From: Pseudidiomarina andamanensis | GTDB lineage: Bacteria; Pseudomonadota; Gammaproteobacteria; Enterobacterales; Alteromonadaceae | DNA length: 32,000 bases | Assembly (NCBI RefSeq): GCF_009734345.1 | Contig: NZ_CP032551.1 | Span: 1,500,001-1,532,000 of the forward strand | Direction of reading: 5' to 3' | Shown: piece after piece, positions 9,463 to 15,895 of the stretch | Layout of the letters: each line of letters opens with the position of its first letter | How positions within the stretch are numbered: the stretch's first letter is position 1 | Translations under genes and position numbers: made by a program | The notes under the pieces: model-generated | What the model saw: only the letters and a program-made list of their open reading frames with translations | Databases searched by the model: none | Told to the model about the DNA's origin: nothing

Positions 9463-10671
9463 TTATAGCCAACCGAATGCCGAAGCAATACTGCGAGCAC
9501 CCAGGCCAGTAGCAATAAAACACACGATAATTCCCAATATATTTTGCTGCCACGAGTTCCGATGTTGACCAAGACGCGGCTGATTGCATACCCACACTAG
9601 GAATACCGCAATAAATGGTAATAACACGCCATTCGCTACTTGCGCGAAGATAATGACTTCAATCGGCTTTAATCCCAAGGATGCTACGAGAACGCCAATA
9701 GTTAGAATAATCATCCAAATGGCACGGAATTTCTTATCTTTAAGTTGGTTGGAATAACCAAGCACACCGCTTAATGCATACGCTGAAGCTAGTGGTGCCG
9801 TGAGCGACGACGATAATCCTGCGGCAAATAAACCAAGCGCCATAAAGGTTGTTGCTGCATCACCAAACAGTGGTTGTAAGGCTTGACCAAGATCAGCAGC
9901 GCCCTCAATGGTTAACGCTTTACCAAAGAATGCCGAAGCAGCAGTCGCAACAATTGCTAGCGAGATAAGCCCTCCCAGTGGTATTGAGATATAAATATCG
10001 CGGCGAGCGTCATCAAGTTGTTCTGCTGACTGCCACTTTTCAGCGCAACTAGAAGCATGTAAGAACAAATTATAAGGCACTACTGTGGTACCAATTAGCG
10101 CCACAATCATCAAAATACTGCCGGCTGGCACCGAAGGCACAAGTAAACCGGTCAATAATGCTGCCCAGTCTGGTTTGGTTAAGATAAAAGTTGCTAAAAA
10201 GGCGATGCTCATTAGCAATACCAGACCAATTAATATTTTTTCCACGACTTTGTAGCTGCCTTGCCACAAGATGATAGCGGCTAAACCTCCCAAAATAATG
10301 GGAATATACTGTCCATCAAAAGGTAAGAGGCCGACTAACCCCATACGAGCGCCGCTAATATTACCCCCTTGATAGACACTATTACCGATAATCACCGCGG
10401 CAAAAATCAGTAGCACCACGAGCTGACGTAACCACGGTTGTTTAATAGCAGCTCGAATATTCTCCCCTAACCCTTGCTGAGTTACCACACCAAGACGAGC
10501 AGACATCTCTTGCAAAATCATGGTTGCCAGCACGGAGAAAACCAACGCCCACATTAGTGCGTAGCCGAAATTAGCGCCAGCTAATGAGGCTGTGACAACG
10601 GTTCCGGGCCCGATGAATGCGGCCGCAACTAAGGCCGCAGGTCCCATACTAAATCGTCGTTGTTTTGTCAT
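9463..10671 (-). CDS. Nramp-family membrane transporter, non-canonical
   Basis: 402-aa polytopic ORF. TM1 'AAFIGPGTVVTAS' and TM6 'GTTVVPYNLFLHAS' align with the Nramp/MntH 'DPGN' and 'A..MPHN.YLHS' signatures, but the ligand residues are substituted. Confidence 0.8.
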   Translation of the reverse strand: MTKQRRFSMGPAALVAAAFIGPGTVVTASLAGANFGYALMWALVFSVLATMILQEMSARLGVVTQQGLGENIRAAIKQPWLRQLVVLLIFAAVIIGNSVYQGGNISGARMGLVGLLPFDGQYIPIILGGLAAIILWQGSYKVVEKILIGLVLLMSIAFLATFILTKPDWAALLTGLLVPSVPAGSILMIVALIGTTVVPYNLFLHASSCAEKWQSAEQLDDARRDIYISIPLGGLISLAIVATAASAFFGKALTIEGAADLGQALQPLFGDAATTFMALGLFAAGLSSSLTAPLASAYALSGVLGYSNQLKDKKFRAIWMIILTIGVLVASLGLKPIEVIIFAQVANGVLLPFIAVFLVWVCNQPRLGQHRNSWQQNILGIIVCFIATGLGARSIASAFGWL

Positions 10672-10784
10672 TCTTCACCCGCTTTTAATTATCGTTATTG
10701 TCGTATTCTAACGTTCTCGGTTGGCAACGTCGTTAGTAGCATGCTAAACAATAGTAACAGCCAATCACTTATTTTAGGATAGCC

Positions 10785-11240
10785 ATGTATCAAGACAGTT
10801 TCGAAAGCCCTATCGGCCCTGTTACCATCAGCAGCCGTGACGGCGAGTCTATTTGTGAAATTGCATTTGCGGAGCCTGATGGCTATCCATCATGCAATGT
10901 CACCAGAATTGGAAAGCAGCAACTAATCGAGTATTTCAACCGTAAACGTAAGCGTTTCAATTTACCATTGAAGCCAGAAGGCACCGAGTTCCAACACCGC
11001 GTTTGGAAACAATTAGCTACGTTAGAGTATGGTCAATTAGCGAGTTATCGTGATATTGCGATAGCTATCGATAATCCTAAAGGTAATCGCGCTGTTGGTA
11101 TGGCAAACAGCCGGAACCCTATTGCCATTGTGGTTCCATGTCATCGTGTTGTTGGGGCTGATGGAAGCATCACCGGTTATGCCGGCGGTATTGAAAAGAA
11201 AGCATTTTTGCTCTACCACGAGGGAGCGGTATTTGATTGA
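10785..11240 (+). CDS. ogt: Methylated-DNA--protein-cysteine methyltransferase
   Basis: Active site 'IVVPCHRVVGADGSITGYAGG', plus 'HRVWKQL..(I/L)EYGQ..SY..IA' in the helix-turn-helix region. 151 aa. Confidence 0.9.
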   Translation: MYQDSFESPIGPVTISSRDGESICEIAFAEPDGYPSCNVTRIGKQQLIEYFNRKRKRFNLPLKPEGTEFQHRVWKQLATLEYGQLASYRDIAIAIDNPKGNRAVGMANSRNPIAIVVPCHRVVGADGSITGYAGGIEKKAFLLYHEGAVFD

Positions 11241-11275
11241 AGAGAAGGCGCTCAGGTTATTAACTTAGAGCGCCC

Positions 11276-11794
11276 TTAACTTTTTCCGTTATAGCGCGCG
11301 TGCATTCGAACCACGTGCCCTTCAATTTCGTCACGTAACGAATGTGGCTCAATCACCTCAACGTTTTCGCCACAACTAAGAATCCACGCAATCAAATCTT
11401 TCGTGACTGGCTGAACAAATGTGACGAAAAAGCTGAGTCCATTGCGTTCGATTCGCTGCTCTGGGTGAAGTGGATTGTTAGTCACCAAATTCAACATGCC
11501 ATTCGAACACTTCAATTTAACCCGAGCCAACGAACCGTGATTCGCATTATCAGGCAAATCAGGAAATGGTAAATGCGGTGCGGTTTTTGAGAGACTCCAG
11601 CCGAATGGCTTTGACCGATCATCGGCAATCAACGGGAAAACCTCAGACAACTCATTTAAGTTCCGCTGAATAGTGCGGACACTCACATCCACCCCATGTT
11701 CGGCTAGTCTTTTTCGCAACGATTGTACATCTACTTTCTGCGGTTCACGCGGAACGTGTTGTAGCAGCATGAGATATCGTAAAACACTCTGCAC
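11276..11794 (-). CDS. wHTH-WCX transcriptional regulator (YafY/BrxR/CapW type) lacking a WYL domain
   Basis: GTG start with AAGGAG 7 nt upstream. N-terminal wHTH is 'LRYLMLLQHVPREP...VSVRTIQRNLNELSEVFPL...KPFGWSL'. The C-terminal 'HPEQRIE..G..F.V.F.....DLIAWILSCGENVEVIEPHSLRDEI' resembles a WCX domain. Only about 25 aa separate the two, so no WYL domain is present. Confidence 0.65.
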   Translation of the reverse strand: MQSVLRYLMLLQHVPREPQKVDVQSLRKRLAEHGVDVSVRTIQRNLNELSEVFPLIADDRSKPFGWSLSKTAPHLPFPDLPDNANHGSLARVKLKCSNGMLNLVTNNPLHPEQRIERNGLSFFVTFVQPVTKDLIAWILSCGENVEVIEPHSLRDEIEGHVVRMHARYNGKS

Positions 11795-11991
11795 CGACGA
11801 ACTCCTTGTCTATTGCGTTATGACATCTATCATACCTCGACATTGCGTCAAATCCTGTCGCATCAGTTATCTATTTGTAAAACTACAGCAAAATCAACCT
11901 ATGTCACATTGTATATCAGTCGAATAAGCGCTTTACTTACTTTCGCTGGCTAACCAGACTAGCGCTCGAAATCGCCAGATAGGAGGTTCAG

Positions 11992-12249
11992 ATGATTCGA
12001 TTTGCTCTAATGATGTTGCTTGCATTAAGCGTTGTGAACGTAGCGACGGCACAAGACCAAAATGCACAGAAAGGTCAGCAAACAGCTGAAGAAGCTAAGG
12101 ATAAAGCAAGCAAAGCTCAAGCCGAACGGGAAGCGTTACGAGCTCAAATGCAGGCAGAAAAAGAAGCCTTACAGAAAGAACGTAAGAAACAAAGCGATAA
12201 GCTAAAAACCAAGTCAAAGAAAAAAGACGACAATGGTGACAATCGCTAA
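11992..12249 (+). CDS. Small secreted, highly charged (K/E/Q/A-rich) protein
   Basis: AGGAGG (11981-11986) lies 5 nt upstream of the ATG. Signal peptide 'MIRFALMMLLALSVVNVATA' is followed by about 65 aa of predicted charged helix. A strong terminator follows. Confidence 0.7.
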   Translation: MIRFALMMLLALSVVNVATAQDQNAQKGQQTAEEAKDKASKAQAEREALRAQMQAEKEALQKERKKQSDKLKTKSKKKDDNGDNR

Positions 12250-12271
12250 CTGCTAGTTCTTTTTTGAAAAC

Positions 12272-12302
12272 AAAGGGACGGGGATATGACCCGTCCCTTT
12301 TT
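12272..12302. terminator. Bidirectional rho-independent terminator shared by convergent genes
   Basis: Perfect 11-bp stem aaagggacggg / cccgtcccttt with a 7-nt loop. There is a T-run on the + strand and a T-rich tract on the - strand. Confidence 0.85.
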
Positions 12303-12326
12303 AGTTGGTGCGCTAAATTTCACCTA

Positions 12327-13250
12327 TTACTCAGCAATATAGCAGACTTCAGCGTGAGCAACGACATAGATCACTTGAGCATCTGCTGGCATTATTGACA
12401 CAACGTAATGCGACGTTGCAGAAGGCGAAACAAATGACTCTTGATTGCCGAATTGGCCTGGTGCGGTGGTTGCAACGATGACATCATCGGCGTATAGATG
12501 CGTTGCATTCCATGCATATCCTGACGCAGCGTTAAATGTAGCTAAAAAGGTTCCATTGCTATAGTAATACTGCAAGTCGCCCACATAATCACCATTATTG
12601 ATGTTGTTTTGACCTGCACCGGCATATATGGGTGTCGAACCACTCTCGTTGTTGACAACAGTTAGCTGCCAACCCCAGCGATTAGCATTACCAACATTTA
12701 AGCTGTTAAAAGTATCTTGTCCGAGGGCAAAACCTGTTTCAGTGTTACTACAAGTTAACGGTTCGTCATCATCATCATCTGGGCAAGTCGCTTGATAAGC
12801 AAACCAAGTTGCCCAGCTACCTTGTGAAGTAATTCGATCACCCTCGCCCCATGCTGTTTCGGTTGAAATTCCGTTACCGACTACTGCATGAGCGGCAATG
12901 GCGAAATTACTGCTACAAGTAGCAGCCAAGTCTGCTAGCGGCAAAGTGAAGGTATATGAGTGCCCAACGTTTGAAGCAACAAATGGAAAGTGTCCGATTT
13001 GCGGATTACCTTTTTTATTTGTCGGAAGTTGACTGAAGTCAGTGCCAACAAATAAATGCAACTCAGACATCTCCCAGTCACCCGCGGTGGTATAGGTGAC
13101 ATAAACATTATCAGCATCGTTTTCGACACAAACCGATCCTACTTCAATCGATTGACCTGCGAATAAGGTTTGGCATTGTTCTGCATGGGCGATCGGATTC
13201 ATGAACAATGCACTGGTTAACAAAAGCAATAGTGAACAGACGGTTTTCAT
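12327..13250 (-). CDS. Secreted two-module protein of unknown function
   Basis: The ATG at 13250 has GGAGGG 6 nt upstream and gives signal peptide 'MKTVCSLLLLLTSALFMNPIAHA'. Two similar modules of about 130 aa are joined by 'PDDDDDEP'. Several Cys residues fit an extracytoplasmic location. The 48 codons upstream in the track ORF were rejected. Confidence 0.75.
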   Translation of the reverse strand: MKTVCSLLLLLTSALFMNPIAHAEQCQTLFAGQSIEVGSVCVENDADNVYVTYTTAGDWEMSELHLFVGTDFSQLPTNKKGNPQIGHFPFVASNVGHSYTFTLPLADLAATCSSNFAIAAHAVVGNGISTETAWGEGDRITSQGSWATWFAYQATCPDDDDDEPLTCSNTETGFALGQDTFNSLNVGNANRWGWQLTVVNNESGSTPIYAGAGQNNINNGDYVGDLQYYYSNGTFLATFNAASGYAWNATHLYADDVIVATTAPGQFGNQESFVSPSATSHYVVSIMPADAQVIYVVAHAEVCYIAE

Positions 13251-13563
13251 AGGTTGCCCTCCAGGGCAGAAATTACATACTCCCACAATCTCTTTAAGAC
13301 GGTGGTAAAACCCCTCACAGAATGCATAAACATGGAGGTGAGCATAATTTAGACTTTTTGTAGAAAAGATCTGTATATCTGTTGCAATTATCACTTATGT
13401 TAATATTGTTAAGATTATGAAAAGAATGGCTGGAATGAACGCATTCGAAGGTCTGGTAAGGTCTCTTGTTATCGCATCTGAGTGTATAATAGAAACCGAA
13501 CTATGCTATATATAGACTCATGTCGATGCACATTGCGTGGATATATTTAAGGAAGAAGCTGTA

Positions 13564-14457
13564 ATGCAAGTCGAGCAACCGGTTACATTGCCCAATTTAC
13601 CTGGAATGTTTTTTCGTTCTTTATTTACCGTTGCGAGAAATGACCAGGAAGTTGCAGAGCCACAAACGTTGGACGCTGAATTTAGTGCGCCAGCTTTTTC
13701 TGCTGCGCAATTAAAGCGGTACCATGAAGCATTCAATGGCTTCGTCAGTGAAGTTCCATTAACGCTAATTTATTGTTTGGCGCAACGTGTGCATTTAGCA
13801 CAGATGCTCGGTGAGCACTTCCCTTGGCCGGCGCCGGGGTTGGTGCACGTGAGCAATAGCATCGAACAACATGATGCTATCGACGCAGATGAAGGGTTTA
13901 CTTTAAAAGCTTCAATTAAACTACCTGCCCGTGGCCCTAAAGTGTCACCGCGTCGCTTGCGTCCGCTTTTTACGGTTGAATTTTGGCAACAAGATAATCA
14001 TGTCGCAACCTGCGTTAGTGAATATCAAGTTATGCCAAAGCAAGCTGATCGCCCACGTCGAGCAAAAGAAAATAAAACTTCCGAACCGCCGGGTGATGAA
14101 TGGCAACAAATTGATACTTGGAAATTAGCAGGTAGAGTCGCTCGTGACTATGCGCGATTGTCAGGCGATTTTAATCCCATCCATCTCCATCCTCTGTTAT
14201 CGCGTTGGTTCGGCTTTGATCAGCCCATCATCCACGGCATGTATATGTCGGGTCGCGCGCAAGCGGAAGTCGAGCGCGCGGCGAAACGCCCCGTCATCAA
14301 AATCGATGTCGCTTTTAAACGCCCTGTTCCACTACCGGCGCGTGTATCCTTGTGGCAACAATTGAATGAAGACAACCATGGTGGTCAATATCAAATTTGC
14401 GGCGCCGAAGACCACCTTCTGAGATTAGAAGGCAGCTTCAGCTTCGCGAAAGACTAA
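13564..14457 (+). CDS. MaoC-like (R)-hydratase / double hot-dog fold protein
   Basis: The C-terminal hot-dog domain carries 'ARDYARLSGDFNPIHLHP..(S)RWFGF..PIIHGM'. The start is uncertain: ATG 13564 (AAGGA 10 nt upstream) or GTG 13537. Confidence 0.8.
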   Translation: MQVEQPVTLPNLPGMFFRSLFTVARNDQEVAEPQTLDAEFSAPAFSAAQLKRYHEAFNGFVSEVPLTLIYCLAQRVHLAQMLGEHFPWPAPGLVHVSNSIEQHDAIDADEGFTLKASIKLPARGPKVSPRRLRPLFTVEFWQQDNHVATCVSEYQVMPKQADRPRRAKENKTSEPPGDEWQQIDTWKLAGRVARDYARLSGDFNPIHLHPLLSRWFGFDQPIIHGMYMSGRAQAEVERAAKRPVIKIDVAFKRPVPLPARVSLWQQLNEDNHGGQYQICGAEDHLLRLEGSFSFAKD

Positions 14458-15738
14458 TTACTTCTTCGATTTGAGTCGCTCAACACCCATAAAACGTAGC
14501 GAAAGCTTCTCATAAATTGGCTCAGACGTACCGCGACGCACTTTATACATAAAGTATTTCTCGAATGCGACTTTCGCCCAGTGCACCCAGCGGCCACTGC
14601 CGGTCCAATTGCGGTTGCGTGGCGGATTTTGCGGAATGGCTAAGAAGGCAGCTCCTGTATTCCCCATGTCTGCTAAGCACAAAGCGCTTAATGTTGGTTC
14701 GACAAGCTCGTCGCTTCCTGCTTCCATCGCCTCGATATTTGATACAATTGCTGACGTCATCGATTCGATCATTAAACCAGTCTTAGGAGCGCCAACTGGC
14801 ACCGGCGTTGCCTCGATAGGCGGAATTGCCACACATACACCTGCAGCAAAAATATTCAGGTATTTGGGTGAGCGCTGATGTTTGTCAGTAATAACGAACC
14901 CTTTTGGATTACACAACTCTTCAACCGCCGCAACTGCGGGTGAACCCTTGAAAGGCGGTAAGAACATTGAATGCTTATAGTCGATCTGATGCTGTTTTAT
15001 CACATCACCGGCTTCGTTTAATTCATCAAAGTGACACGTACCATTCGCTAACTTTGTTATCTTGGCATTACAAATCCACTTAATGCCATGTTCACGAAAC
15101 TTGTGTTCCATTAAGCCTTTTGAGTCGCCGACACCGCCAAGCCCCATATGCCCAATATACGGCTCGGGCGTGACAAAGGTGATGGGAACTTGATCACGGA
15201 TTTTCTTTTTACGGAGCTCATATTCTAACGACAGAACATACTCATAAGCGGGACCAAAGCAACTCGCACCAGGTAACGCACCAATAATGACGGGGCCTGG
15301 GCTTTCGCACAGTTGAAGATAATCTTGATGCGATGTTACCGCGTGGTCGACGGTACAAATAGATTGAGAACCGCCAGCTTCAGGCCCCGCCCCCTCTACT
15401 GTCGCGAAGTCTAATTTAGGCCCAGTACACAGCACTAAATAGTCGTAAGCAATTTCGCTGTCGTCGTTTAAAACCAACGTGTTTTCTTTGGCCTTGATTT
15501 CCTTTACACCTGCGGGAGAGAACTTTATGTCTCGCTTGCTAAAGAAATCACCAATTGGCATCACCACATCGTCACGCTTGCGTGTACCGAGCGCTACCCA
15601 TGGATTGGAAGGGACAAAATTGAATTCGGCACCCTCACCAATGACAGTGATTTTCGCTTGCTTGCCAAGCTTCTCGCGTAGTTCAAAGGCCACTGACACA
15701 CCACCTAAACCAGCACCAACAACCGCAACATGAGCCAT
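14458..15738 (-). CDS. sqr: Sulfide:quinone oxidoreductase-type FAD-dependent oxidoreductase
   Basis: The ATG at 15738 gives the N-terminal FAD fold 'MAHVAVVGAGLGGVS'. 'FVPSNPWV', 'GASCFGPAYE' and 'ALCLADMGNTGAAF' resemble the conserved Cys regions of SQR. The amphipathic C-terminus 'WAKVAFEKYFMYKVRRG' is typical of the SQR membrane anchor. Confidence 0.75.
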   Translation of the reverse strand: MAHVAVVGAGLGGVSVAFELREKLGKQAKITVIGEGAEFNFVPSNPWVALGTRKRDDVVMPIGDFFSKRDIKFSPAGVKEIKAKENTLVLNDDSEIAYDYLVLCTGPKLDFATVEGAGPEAGGSQSICTVDHAVTSHQDYLQLCESPGPVIIGALPGASCFGPAYEYVLSLEYELRKKKIRDQVPITFVTPEPYIGHMGLGGVGDSKGLMEHKFREHGIKWICNAKITKLANGTCHFDELNEAGDVIKQHQIDYKHSMFLPPFKGSPAVAAVEELCNPKGFVITDKHQRSPKYLNIFAAGVCVAIPPIEATPVPVGAPKTGLMIESMTSAIVSNIEAMEAGSDELVEPTLSALCLADMGNTGAAFLAIPQNPPRNRNWTGSGRWVHWAKVAFEKYFMYKVRRGTSEPIYEKLSLRFMGVERLKSKK

Positions 15739-15775
15739 GATTAAACACCCTGATTTGTTCAAATATTGTTCATTG

Positions 15776-15804
15776 ACTATGTGCAATGGTTTGTATTTCG
15801 TCAA
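15776..15804 (-). promoter_or_regulatory. Candidate sigma70 promoter for sqr
   Basis: The minus strand reads TTGACG, a 17-nt spacer, then CATAGT, ending about 38 nt upstream of the ATG at 15738. It lies inside the rejected N-terminal extension of the track ORF. Confidence 0.4.
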
Positions 15805-15840
15805 TAGCTAAATTAAAAAACATTGATCTAAACTGGCAAT

Positions 15841-15876
15841 AAAAAAGGGCAGTTGAGAAATCTCAGCTGCCCTTTC
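15841..15876 (-). terminator. Rho-independent terminator after the acylase gene
   Basis: The minus strand reads gggcagctgaga..tctcaactgccc (one internal mismatch) followed by TTTTTT, 20 nt after the stop at 15896. Confidence 0.8.
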
Positions 15877-15895
15877 GAGGTTTATCATGTCTTTA

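Noticed and set aside
10684-10702. A Fur-box-like AT-rich sequence (reverse complement GACAATAACGATAATTAAA) lies in the promoter region of the Nramp-like gene.
   Set aside because: It matches only about 12 of 19 positions of the GATAATGATAATCATTATC consensus by my count. The background is AT-rich, and the transporter itself lacks metal-ligand motifs.
11247-11274. A GC-rich inverted repeat ggcgctc/gagcgcc lies between ogt and the regulator gene. It was considered as a bidirectional terminator.
   Set aside because: The loop is 14 nt and there is no T-run on either strand. The right arm also overlaps the regulator's stop codon, so the evidence is too weak to call.
11820-11927. A 35-codon ORF (MTSIIPRHCVKSCRISYLFVKLQQNQPMSHCISVE) lies in the regulator/small-protein intergenic region.
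   Set aside because: It has no SD, and its composition looks like translated AT-rich promoter DNA. It overlaps the likely divergent promoters.
12766-12779. A (GAT/ATC) trinucleotide run encodes the poly-Asp hinge. It was considered as a slipped-strand phase-variation tract.
   Set aside because: There are only about 4.5 units, and any slippage would be in frame. At most it would vary the linker length and would not act as an on/off switch.
11812-13538. The 9-mer ACATTGCGT is shared by the regulator's promoter region (11840-11848, plus ATTGCGT at 11812-11818) and the region upstream of the MaoC gene (13530-13538). It was considered as an operator for the wHTH regulator.
   Set aside because: For two intergenic regions of a few hundred nt each, about one shared 9-mer is expected by chance. 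There is no dyad symmetry or conserved spacing, so this is not enough evidence.
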